From the NCBI RefSeq assembly GCF_963853765.1, contig NC_088854.1, forward strand, positions 39,432,001 to 39,496,000: a DNA stretch of 64,000 nucleotides, read 5' to 3'. Made by a program: the position numbers and the translations under genes. Of this stretch, positions 52,017-64,000 are shown piece by piece. Numbering within the stretch: position 1 is the stretch's first letter; each line of letters opens with the position of its first letter. The notes under the pieces were generated by a model. The model made no database searches and was not told the DNA's origin. It saw only the letters and a list, made by a program, of their open reading frames with translations. The stretch comes from Magallana gigas. Lineage: Eukaryota.

Positions 52017-55000
52017 ATGGCAACTAAAAACACACTACTGAAGAAAATCACATCAGGAAGAAGTACAAATCCAACGACTGAACTTGAAGTTTCTCAACCA
52101 GTGGAGTATGTATACGACCTTTGTTTTTATACATTTGTCTGTTTCTATTCTAATATAATGAGCAGTAGTAAAAAAAAATGTACATATACTATATGAAATG
52201 TTTCTTTTTATTACAGACAAAATGATAATGATTTTATAAAGGATTTGTATTATTACCATATGAAACAGTGAGTAATTTATTATTTTCTAAAGCATATGTA
52301 ACCGTCCACAACACTATAAAGACCATCTTACATCTGTATATACATACGAAAGCTCAGAAGGTTCATTAGAGATTTGAAAATCGTAATACGGAATTCGAAT
52401 TATGTGCATGTACTAATTCACTTACACGCTGTGTTATGCATACAATTTTATTTATTTTCTTCTTAATAATTTTATATCGAAAATATAAAAAAAAATATTG
52501 TAACTTCGTCTGCTTATTTCACGCCATTACATAGGCTTCTGTAAATGATGATAACCAAATAGTTACATTTTTCAGTGTCTTATTATGGAGAACACTATGA
52601 ATCGATTTTGTAACGTATATTCCAATACATCTCATCAGTGACTATTTTAATGTATTATCGTATGACTACTGAACATTTTATAGATAGAAGTAATAAGGAA
52701 TCATTCTTTTAATATCATGATGTGATCAAACAGGGCGGGTGTTATGAAATATATCATAAGCTTATCTTTTAAAAAGAAAAGCGAGCTAGCGTTGTTACTA
52801 TTTTTATACATAAAAAGGAATGTTCGTGACCAACTGGGTTAGTTCCTTAAATTGTCGTTTCTTTGCTCGGATTTTTCCTTATGATAAAATCAAGCTAAAT
52901 TGGCTAATGAAAAATTATCTTTCTTTGTGCGTCGCCGTAAAATTTTCCCACTTGAAAGTCATTTCAATCGAGTTTTTCCGTCAAAAAAGGGAAAAAAAGA
53001 AACCTTTGAGGAATTATATATCAGTTATGTACTGCATTGTATCAATCACGTCTTGTCTTTCCAACATACTCTGAAGAGACGTCCTGGTTTTTTCTTTATT
53101 TTTTATGAATGTTGAGTTATCTACGTCACTGTAATGAAAGCTAGGTTTTACCAGTTGATCTCTACAATTTTGGCACTATCTATCATGAGTTTTTGTGGAC
53201 TTTTAAATGTTGGTATGACGATAAATAAAGAAATTTCAGCATTTGGATCATATCCATTTTTATAATAAAACGAAATTGGAATTTCCCAGATTTCCCAGAA
53301 TGCCCGACCATGAGGTCGAGCTTGCGTATTCCAGAAATACAGACAAACGTAATTGTTATCGCCAGAGAGCGTTAGAAATAAACGCTCTTCGGGCTTTATT
53401 AGATTTGAACACCCCAACCGTATTTGATCACCTCATAATACCCCAAAAATGATTCCTTAATTATAGCTTAATCCTCTTTTTGCAAAATGGACCCGAGTTG
53501 TCCCATATATTTAACTCTTCGCAGCAGTCCCTTTTATGTGAAAGATAAATCATTAAAATTTTACAAAAGTTTTTCTCATAAATGTAAAGACATTTGTTTA
53601 AATACTTTATAGCAATTACAATAACTGCATTTTTTGTAATTCATTGCAATATCATACTTTTCGCTCTTTAACAACCACGTTACCTTTTATGATACTAATT
53701 AATAGAAATGATTCTGTCTATACATTCCGAATAGGCACTGGTCGAATCGTTTATAATTATAAAGATAACGTAATTATTTTTGATTCTTGTAACAAAATTA
53801 AGATCAGACGCGACCTATCTTCCATTTTTTCTATTTTTACCTATCTCCAAAATATAAAGATTTCCACTTAGTAATTTTATAATTATATTTTAATGTTATA
53901 TGATTCTTTTTTATTTAGATAAAAAGTGTTTAATTGAAAATGTATAGAATGGTTTTATTTATAAGCATTCAAATGTATTTTTCATGCTATTTTTAGAAAA
54001 ATTCGAAATTAATATTCTAGCTCCGAAAAGAACATGTTAATGTGCCCTTAATCTTTGGGAATTAACAGGTTTAAATGTTAATAAATAATGAATGAAATAT
54101 CAAGGAAAATCATATAAAATTTAGGAACGTCTCGTGTGTCCTTAATTAAATATTCTCCCTGGTAATTGACTGAGTGTCCTGTATTGATAGAGATGAATGA
54201 AAATGGCACTGCGGCTGAATAGAACAAGTTTATATGTCATTAAATAAAATAAATTTGATTATAAATTTAAAGGAGTTGTATTATAATTCTGTCTCTGTCT
54301 ATACAATTCCAATAGTTCGAATCGGTTTTAATTATAAGGATTACGTAATTATTTTTTATTCTTAATACAGCATTAAATCTTCCTGGTTGTTGAATAAGTT
54401 TTCTGTTTTGATTGAGAAGAATGAAAATGGCACTGCGTCTGAAGAAAGAAGGTCCAAATGAATAAAATTTGATTATCAATTTAAAGGATTACCGCATGTA
54501 TTATCGATAGATTTATACCATTTGACAACAAACTTTGTCCTGTTTCAGTAATCATAAATAATGATGTATAGAATTAGAGAGTCTTTACACTAAAGACGAT
54601 ATATATTGGACTCGATTTGCTTACATGTTGCGTGTCATTTTTTACATTTATACAAAGACAGTAAGATTGAAAAAGACAGGACCCAGTACTATCCAAATAC
54701 GACCTGCTCGCAAATGAATAATGTATTATTCTTTCAGTCTTTAAAGCTGATTTCATATTCATGTACATTGGTTAACTTACTAGATAACAACTCAAATTAA
54801 CTTATTAACTAATTAAAATAGTTGATATAAACATGTAAAATATCACATTGCTCAGCTGATGACTTTTTGTACATTTTATGTTGAGTTCGCTTTGAATATG
54901 TCTGAATTGCAATTGGTTTAAACTTAAGCGATATTGAGGACAACAAATCTACAGACTTGCAGAGCTTCACCTTTAAATAGATATAGTAACCATGGTAACT

Positions 55001-58000
55001 TCCAAACCAACGTGTTTCCTTGATTTATAGTTTTCATTTGTAGAGCTGACGATGAAATTGAGACCTTGAGGAAACAGCTACGGATGAAAACTAAATCACA
55101 AATTGAGTAAATACTGTACATATCCTTCATTGATGAACAACGAATCTAAAAGTTCTCATATCTCCATTAAATATGGTTTTCGAACAATACTTTGTACGTG
55201 GAATTATATTTTCTACTTTGAACAATACAGATCTGCTGCTGAAATTGAACGACTAAAGTATGAGTTGACAAAACTACAAGAAGCTACGGCAAAACCTGGG
55301 TAAGAAGACGGAAATAACCGTAAAATAAATTTTCAATCTACTTGAAGCATTAAAGAATTTGGCCTTGTTCAAGGCAGTTAAATAAAGGGCTACATCGATG
55401 TCTGATATCTTTTGCTTACTTTGAAAGACCATTATAAGACAACATTAGTATGGTCTAGAGCCATGGTCTGGTCTGGGCCAAAGTTAACCAAAGTTGTTAA
55501 AAGGCGTCCTGATGGAAAGGACATTCTAAATTGTTAAATTAAAGGGCATATTAACCTTTTTTGATAGGAGGATAATGCAAAAAAGTGAAAATAGTGTAAA
55601 CATCTTCTTTTCAAGAACCCAAGAAATGCAAGCTACAATTTGTGGTATTATCATGCAAGGGTAAAGAGGTGAACATGGTAAACATATTTGCAAAATGATT
55701 AATAATCTTTTTCTCAAGAAATACAATGCTACAATTTGTGAGATTATTATGCAATCGTTCACAATCTTATATTCATTAGATTCTAAAGTGTTAAATCCGT
55801 GACCCCACACTGATACTGGTGCTCAAAAAGGGGTTTAAAGTTTAACATAGAAATTGATAGGGAAAATGTTCCAAAATCTTTTTCTCAAGAACTACAGCGA
55901 TGTAGTTTGTGAAATTACTAAGCAACCATCTTCAAATAATGTAGATACTAATTTGTTTAAATTGTGGTGTATGCACTAATCTTAAGCCCCAAGTAAGGTT
56001 TAATCTTTAACATAGAAATGTATTTGGAAAATATGTAAACATCTTTTTTCTCAAGAACAACAATGCTACAATTTGTGCAATTACATATACTATGCTAGCA
56101 TCCTCAGATAATGTACATTAGTTAAATTGTTTCAATCGGGACTTCCGGACATACTTGGGGTCCTAAAATAGTTTTAACGTTTTACGTAGAAATATACCAA
56201 AAATTCTTTTAAAACACTATACATGTACTAAAGAATAATAATGCTACAATTACTATGCAAGCATTCTATGAAAAAATTGATTCTAAATTGTTTACATTGT
56301 GACCCTTGAGTAATACTAGGGCCCTCTCAGGGGTTCAATGTTTAAATTTAAATTATATTAGGAAAAAAAATTATGAACTAAAGAACTGTAGTTCAGGTGA
56401 GCGATGCGGCCTATGAACCTTTTGGTTTTATTAACAACCATTTAGTAAGGCATTTCTAACGATCAACCAAAATTTGAGCGTCAGTCGACGAGTTTTAAGT
56501 GGTATTAAATCTCAAATATTTATATTTGTTATGTAAACAAAGCGTTCAGGTCACGCTTTAGGTTATATTTTCTAGGTTTATGTCTAAAATGAATATAACC
56601 AAATCGAATGAAAGGAGTTAATTGTTTTTATATCTCACAAGGAGATAGAAAAATCAGCTTGACAAAGACCGTCTTACGGTACATCAAACCAATGTAAACA
56701 AAAACATGACACGAGTTTTGATTACATTACAAAGACTTGAAAGATCTGACGGTGTATCTTGCTTATAATTCTACAAGGAATACTCATATTTTAACACCTT
56801 CACATTAACATGTTTAAGAGCTCGTTATTCAATTTACGCATGCATGCTATCAATAGTCAATTCGGTTTAACAGTCTGTGGAGTGGATTTATGCACCCACC
56901 AAACTCTTTTAAACATTTTATCCATTCGACATTAATTACTTTTTCGCAAAATTTCAAAGATTGTTTTGACATTCATGAAAACCATTAAGTATTTAATTTA
57001 TACATGATAACAAACAAAAAATGTTTCTAGAAATCTAGAGATACTAGATGTACTACCTTAAAATGAGTGATAAAAAAAACCCCCAAAACTCTCATGCACA
57101 TTTCTCACAAAAATCTTACAAAAACAATTTCGTTATTTGATTTGCTTGTTTTTGTAATTGTATATCCTTTTGCAACAATTTAATGCATTTAATTATTTTT
57201 TTATATTGTTAGGAAAGAGCAGGAGACGATAAATCATCTCTTAAGAGCCAAGGAAGAGCATCACCTATCACTGTTGGAGTGAGATTGATTTTGTTTTACA
57301 TTTGTTTCTTTCTCAAAATAAGAAAATGAAATTTCAGTTTTTAAAGTATCAAAAATATAAATTAATCTTAATTACATTATATATGTGTTTTAAATACTAC
57401 TAGTATTATTGCTGAAAACCAACGATTACTGAAATGGAACACGAAACTTAAGGAAAAGCAACGGTAGGTATGATATATGAAATGCCAAACAAACAACTTT
57501 TGATATTTCAATATGTTTGTAAATTGCAATTTTGTAAATATTATGCATCTTACGGTTAATCAAATTAAATAAATGTGTTTTAAGTTAGCTAGATAACTGT
57601 AACTATTACAATAAATCATAGCTTTGTATACTTTTTGTACAGTTTGAAACTATTGGGAAAAAAGTCGATGCATTAATTAGTATTTATTGTGAAAAGCCAA
57701 AACAGAGTCAATGATTATTACTATATAAATAGTTCCTGTTTGGGAGGGTAACAGTTGAAATTGACACCCCGAGAAAACCATTGTCAACCACTGCTTTGCG
57801 TCGGTTGACAATGGTTTTCTCGGGGTATCAATTTCAACTGTTATCCTCCCAAACAGGCACTATTTATTTTGTTATACTGAATGTCTTAATTTTTTAGAAA
57901 ATTTTACTGCTTTTATATAGGAATAACGTGAATTCTACAGCGAACCGTATGCGCATATTTTTCGCGCATGTAACAATTTGTAATGTTACCCGTTGCTAAG

Positions 58001-61000
58001 TGCGTTGCTAACGCTGAGGGTAATAGAACGGATTATGAACTGCGTCTTAACCAATCAGATTTCGGTATTTAACATGAAAGTATAACAAAAATAAATATTA
58101 CTTTTTCAAAAGTCTTTGTGTTAAAACGTCACGTTCAAATCACATTAGCATTAATTTTTCAATAAGTCTGTATCTGGCACATGGCCTTAAAATGTTGTTT
58201 CATCAGTATCAAACGGTTGCTTTGTAATGTATTGTAATACACAGTCTTCTCCTTATAAAAAATCAATCTGTGTCAATGACCTACACTACTGTACACAACC
58301 GTGTTAGCAAGATGTTGAAATGTCATTAATTTCATAAACTGTTTGGAAAAGTGCTGACCAAGATTGTTAATATAAGTAACATTTAATCATTATTTGTCTT
58401 GCACGTGGGGATATAAATACAGTCGGTATGTGATTAAATCTACCATTATCCCCTCATGGATCTCTCAACTATAACTATTTCAACCTAATTCTTATCTAAT
58501 TAGCACAATCATGCCTCAAATATGAGGATATCCATTTTTTTTTAGTACAGACTCAAATTTTTCTTTGCTTGTTAAAATATTTAGGTCATCGCTTAGATAT
58601 TATATATTACTAACACTATTTATGTATATTTTTTTCATTTTAAATAAAATGAAACACACCATAAAGTATATTCACGTTTATGTTTTGTTCTTTTCGTTTT
58701 TTGTTTGTCAGGGCCAGCAGATGGTGGATTGTACACGACTCCGTGAATCATAGGTTAGTCTTTGAGCAATCCTGTGCAGACCCATTCCTTTCATTATTGC
58801 TTTCTTGGTTAAAAGTTTCTTACATTGTGTATTGAATTATAGTTTTTACTCGCCCCTGTTCATATTTTTATTAATATTCAGTCATGAACAGCATTTCAAA
58901 AATTCTTCAACGGAAGAAGATAACCAAGATGCACGGTATGGTTTGTTTCGTTGTCATTAATTTTGTAAATTAGTAAACACAGTTATGATTAATCTCAATA
59001 TTGAGTACATTTGTCTGTATATGCAATAACTTTAAAAAATATCTTTTTTTAATCTCCTTTTATGAAGATCATAAAAATCTGAATGCTAGTTAGTGTTATA
59101 AAAATGGAATTGATAAATAACTGTATTTACCGGGTATGGTTTATATCACAATTTAAGAGAAGAAACTGAAGGAATAGAGCGTCGACTGCAACATAATCTA
59201 CAAGAAATGGAAGACAAAGAGAAAGAACTCTTGCGGTAACACTTTTCTTTTCTTTTTTAAAATGAACATTGATTCATTAAAGGATTAGTTAAACAATTGT
59301 CATTCTTAATCAATGCTAAAAAATAAAACAAAAGGATGTAGCAATACAATTATCAAAATAGTTTAAAGTTAAATCTATTTTTGAATACTCAATTTATGAT
59401 GTACTTTTTCTCATCCCTAATAGTTCTGGAAACTCAAATAAAGTATTGCTCTTGGTAGGGTTTTCTCATATGCAATAAAATACTAGTGATATTTTTGGTA
59501 TTCTTTGCAATTCATGACAACGTTTGTATGTCGAAGCTTCACAAAAACCCTCTAATTTTTAAATATTATTTAATGATTTCTTATTCATAAAAATTGAAGA
59601 TAATGATTAATTGTTTTGACAGGTTGGAGGCCGAAACACAGGAGCTAACAGAGCAACTGGAACATGCACAGTAAGATTTTATAATTATTCATACCTTGAT
59701 TTGATATTGCAAATAAATAACCTTTAATTTAGCTGTTTGGATTACATAAAAATGGTCTTAATACTAAGTTTAAAAAATATCTTTATTGAAATCAGATGTT
59801 GACGCAGATACAAATATTATTAGGGCCCCGCAAGAATTTGCGGGTGCCCTATAGTAATCACTCTGTCCGTCCTTCTGTCTGACCGTCTGTCACTCTTCCG
59901 TCCACAAATTTCCTTTTTTTTCTTATAACTTTTTTTATGGTTGCCCAATCAAGTTCAAATTTGGTATGGTAGTTCAATGGGCAGAAATACATATTTTGAT
60001 GCTAAGTTTGGTTCTCTATGTCTTCTGGTTTGGAGCTGGGGTGGTGGGGTAGATTCCTAACTATGCATAAGAATGAATGGGCAAAGAGAGATAACTGCTG
60101 AGAATGAATAGGCAAAGAGAGATAACTGCTGAGAATTTTACCATTGTATACATGGAAGGCTGTGCAATATTTGTCATTTGGGATTAATTAACCTTCCACA
60201 GGAAGAAAATCCTAAGCTTTATCTTTATATGTCACATTGAGATTAATTACTGCACTGCCTGTGTCTGCAAATGAACTTTGTTTTGAAGTTAAGGTCAATT
60301 TTAAATGATGTGTAGTATTGTGTACATTCTTTGAAATATGGATTTAAAATATAATATTCATATTTTATTTTGGTTAAAATACCGTACACAATGATTTATA
60401 ATAATTTTATTGAATTATTAAATCAAGATATATATTAAGATATCCTTTTTCACTATTTTATTTTTATTAATTATTTATTTTATTTTTTTCTGCCTTAATG
60501 CTGTTAATTTTAACAGGTAATCAGATAATAACCCCATTCTGTCATTTCTGAAAAAAAAAATCTTATTATAAATTTAGAAGAAAAGGATGAGAGAGCAGAA
60601 CAATTAATCCCCTGGGATTAATTATCTTGCCTGCTGCAGTAAATTTAGAGGCTTATCTCTATCTGTCATATCGAGATTAATGAACACCTTTGTCTGCACT
60701 GATGTTTGTTTTGAAGCAAATTAAACTCTCATTCCATGAGCTGCACCCTAATATTTTTACCCCTCAGTTTAAAGGATGGTATTTGATAAAGAATATATTT
60801 CATTCTAGTCCAAATACTTATATTCTGTAAAATAAAAAAAAATATATGAATTACAATAAATTAAAAAATATATATATATTAGATATCAGTTTTTTTTATT
60901 CTTTTTTAATAGATGTTTTGGTGTTGTTGTTGTTTTTGGTTGCTATGTTTATATTAAAGGAAACTTAAGAATAGTACCTGAAAAAGGTTCCTTCTGTAAG

Positions 61001-62921
61001 CCCTGATTAAATTCAATAAATGGATGAGAGCAGGATAATTAATCCCCTGAGATTAATTATCTTGCCTGTTTGAGAAAATCTAAGGTCTGTCTTTATCTGT
61101 TATATGTATTACCGTTCGCAAGTGATGTTTGTTTGAAGTTGAGGCGAAGCCTAGGTATCATTGCATTGGTATCAATTCTTTGTTTTTTAACAAATTTTAT
61201 TTCATCCCATGTTAACCCCCTTTATTCCGTGGATATGTCTCATTGGATATTTTTTTTTTTATATCCCATTACAATGAAGTAAACTAATGTGGAGTTTTAT
61301 AAACAGTGTAAACATTGATTGTGGTGTATAAAACATGGGATAAATAGAATCTCATATGATTTGTAGTATAATATGATTTTTATCCAACTTGTGTGTGTTT
61401 TATCCCCTCACTAAGGCTCAAGAAAAAACACTTTAATCGTTGGATGAAAATCATATCCAACAACAAATCACCAGATCCTATATATTTCAGTTCTTTACAT
61501 CTTCTGCCGGGCATTTATTTTTCATCATTGTTAATATAAAGAGGGTGGAATTCAAAGGGTTTTTTCACTTCTCTATATTAATTGTCATAGCGGGGCCCTT
61601 CCTGACTGGTCAGTTTTCTAGGTTAAAACATCAATTATATAAATGTTTTTAACGTATATTGTAACCTTCTTTGCCCCACAGACACCCTGAAAACCAACCA
61701 GAAGATACTGATGGAAAGTAAGAACTGACAAGAATTTGATAATCTTTTTCATTGTGTTTATTATAACAAGGTTGAATTGATAATGTCTTTAATTTTAAAG
61801 AGCGAAAGTCTCAGAAACAGATTAACTAAAAATCGTAAAAGACACTGGTTTTGGAGGTTTGAAAAGGAATTATCCTCTAAAATGGTCATGGTGATTTTTC
61901 CTGCACGAAATCGGGCCAAAGCTGATCAGGGTTTTACTTATATGTTCTACAAAGGAAAAGAGTTTAGCATATTGGACAATAGTCAGTAAATGTGAAAAAA
62001 AATTGATAATATAAAGCAATTCGGAATTTGATATTTTAAGTGCCTTATGTTATGATACAAATTCAAAAGAGTTATACGTTCATTTAGAGCTCTAGAAATG
62101 AAGATTATAATATTTGAAACATTTCAATATACTTTTTATACTTACTTAGCACGATGAGGCAGATATTTTGCACATACAAGAAGAAATGAATAGTATGAAG
62201 TAAAAGGATCTTTGAATAATTGTTCCAAAACGAGTGTTGATTATCTTGCATGATGGTTTTTATCATAGGACTGTTGTTAAACCTATGTTACAATAATCAT
62301 TTTTTTTAGACTTGGCGAGTTGACAAGTGCTAATTCGATCGAGGAGAGTCATAATGTTGCTGATCTATATGATAAAAACTGTCCAAAAGATTTAGCAGAC
62401 AATTTCTCAGAAACTTATGAGAATGAGTGGGCTGACGCCTTAATAGAATTGACTGATCAGAAAAGTTACGCAGAAGAAGAAGCAATTCGAATTCTTTTTG
62501 ATATATTTCAGGTATTGAATCATAAATGTGTTCAATACACTGTGGAATGATTAGAATTAATGGAGGCTTAGTGTTGTGGTCTTCATGGGTAGTCATATAT
62601 CAAGAAATTTGTCGCCGCTAATTTCAATGATTCCACAATAGTCTTCATGAAATGATAGTGCAAACAATGAAAATATACATAACTGAGAAAAGAAAATCAA
62701 AGTTTGTTCATATATTGTAGTTTTCTTTGATTTGTCCTTGAAATTAATATGATATGATTTAACATTATCGATATAATTATTTTTTCAAACGTTTTATCTA
62801 TTAAAATGTTTCGCTTTTTTCTTTTTTTAAGGATGCATATGGGTTTTCTAACAAGCAAGTAGCAATGTATTTTAATTCAGTGTCTGAAGGAATGAAAGTA
62901 TTTGGACTCGACAATCATGAG
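52017..62921 (+). CDS. Gene F: diverged tandem paralogue of gene E (3' end beyond the window; exon chain 59670-62310 unresolved)
   Basis: Exons 52017-52105 (MATKNTLLKK...QPVE vs E MPPKNTKK...QPKE), 52217-52267, 55044-55106, 55231-55299, 57213-57278, 57404-57463, 58712-58753, 58882-58935, 59158-59235, 59623-59670, possibly 61682-61717, then 62310-62511 (202 nt, as in E) and 62832-62921 (90 nt, as in E). Confidence 0.78.
53340..53470. mobile_element. Partial central-palindrome element, family 3
   Basis: CTTCGGGCTTTATTAGATTTGAACACCCCAACCGTATTTGATCACCTCATAAT resembles the right arm at 18765-18830. Confidence 0.55.
55410..56430 (+). mobile_element. Non-autonomous Helitron/Helentron-like element carrying about 165-bp satellite monomers (Cg170-related type)
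   Basis: About 5 decayed monomers (TTCTCAAGAA...GCTACAATTTGTG...ATGCAAGCATCCTCAG...TTTAACATAGAAAT), ending GTTCAGGTGAGCGATGCGGCCTATGAACCT, a terminus I recall for such oyster elements. Left boundary approximate. Confidence 0.7.
57727..58090. mobile_element. Intact central-palindrome element (about 65-bp arms), family 2
   Basis: AAATAG.CCTGTTTGGGAGGGTAACAGTTGAAATTGACACCCCGAGAAAACCATTGTCAACC / GGTTGACAATGGTTTTCTCGGGGTATCAATTTCAACTGTTATCCTCCCAAACAGGCACTATTT, then a 220-bp tail. Confidence 0.85.
59818..60000 (+). mobile_element. HINE/DINE-1-like fragment (hairpin followed by a GTCC/GTCT microsatellite)
   Basis: TAGGGCCCCGCAAGAATTTGCGGGTGCCCTA hairpin, then CTGTCCGTCCTTCTGTCTGACCGTCTGTC. Confidence 0.55.
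60165..61145 (+). repeat. Three dispersed copies of an about 130-bp unit in a gene F intron
   Basis: Copies near 60175, 60585 and 61020 share GGGATTAATT, TTATCT.TAT.TGT and TGTTTTGAAG. Copies 2 and 3 contain the palindrome AATTAATCCCCTG(G/A)GATTAATT. Confidence 0.7.
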
Positions 62922-64000
62922 GTACATCTACTATTCATGTAAAAAGAATTTATGAAGAAAATCATTGATTATTCCAATTTAAAAACTTTTAAAATCGAAG
63001 TTGATATTTTACTATGATACCTAAAGCACTACACTTTGTAAACAAAAATTTTAGAATCAAAATAAGATAAATAACTTACTGAACCCTAAATTCTTCTTAT
63101 GAACACTCATAAACTCAAATATCCCTTTAAGTTTTAATTGCCTTTATAAAATATTAAATTTAATTGTTTTTTATGTACAGAACTATGAACTCTGGAGTCG
63201 TAATAGTAGTCAGGGGGAAAGATAACTGTAGCAGATAAGATCACTTATTAAACAGTACACCTTTCCTTGGACATTATAGTCGATATACATGGATTTTTTA
63301 AAACAACAAAACTAAATATATAAATGCCAATCTTGCTTTTTCTAAATTTTGACAGAGTCTAGATAGATTTGAAAGATATATTAATGTGCTATGATACTGT
63401 ATGTTGAAATTCCTGTCGCATACAAGTCAGATCTTGCAGGTTCAGCAAAATTGAATCTTAAATTTTAGTATGCTTGCCTAGTCATACAGAAATTGTAACA
63501 CCTTACTACATGTATACAGAGAATATTACATCGGTTCAACGTCGCACTACTCATATGTCCTGTGGATTGAGATCAGGGTGAAGAGTGTTAAAGGTTATAG
63601 CTTAAACAATGTTATTTACATCTCATTGGCTTAGCCTTCATAGGATTTCACAAGTTGTAGCATAGTATCTGTTGTGAGGATTATTTGTTCAGTTCTAGAT
63701 GGTTTCCCCTTATTATTTTAGCGTGAACTTGGTAATTTACTCGAGCCTTCAATATAATCAATTAAATACTTGTAAAATCGTCCGCTTTATTTTACGTTAC
63801 AAGATATATTAACATCCAATAGATTATCACATCAGGGCGATCTTTTCGCACTGTATATCTTGATAAAATGTTATTAATGATTTATAGTTGGATACCTACA
63901 TACGAATGTATTTTTGTCCCTTTTTGACGTTCACCATTTGTCAGAGAATTACAATTAATAACAGTCTAGAAGTTACACTATATAATGAACTTTCTGGTGC

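Noticed and set aside
54190-54490. Direct repeat GAATGAAAATGGCACTGCG...TTGATTAT.AATTTAAAGGA, two copies about 225 bp apart
   Set aside because: Considered as a small solo-LTR pair or CRISPR-like repeat, but only two decayed copies with no TG..CA ends or TSD.

Overview
AT-rich eukaryotic DNA with GT-AG introns. The repeats resemble those I recall from Crassostrea/Magallana oysters (recognition only, not searched). No prokaryotic features, CRISPR arrays, rRNA or tRNA were found. I rebuilt six multi-exon genes by hand from splice signals and phase continuity. (1) The 3' end of the E3 ligase SH3RF/POSH (+, 84-2393). (2) An orphan type I membrane protein, gene A (-, 14605-8259, 374 aa). (3, 4) Two tandem secreted paralogues, gene B (-, 23632-17070, 362 aa) and gene C (-, 34104-26877, 386 aa). 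Their C-x3-C-x5-C-x4-C repeats are each split between a short exon (11-35 nt after the first module) and a 49-55 nt exon in strictly alternating phases. (5, 6) Two tandem coiled-coil genes with a MIEAP-like C-terminal domain, gene E (+, 38046-48850, about 544 aa) and gene F (+, 52017 to beyond 62921). Their coiled coils are built from small symmetric phase-2 exons, amplified in E as 54/36/57-nt triplets. Between and within genes are a decayed LINE, a mariner fossil, two adjacent TTAA-flanked MITEs, Helitron-like satellite-bearing elements, several central-palindrome elements, mini- and microsatellites and a 232-N gap. The best novelty candidates are the micro-exon Cys-module genes B/C, the exon-cassette MIEAP-like pair and a 5' exon with a short upstream ORF conserved between E and F. 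Most of these exons are invisible in the supplied ORF track.
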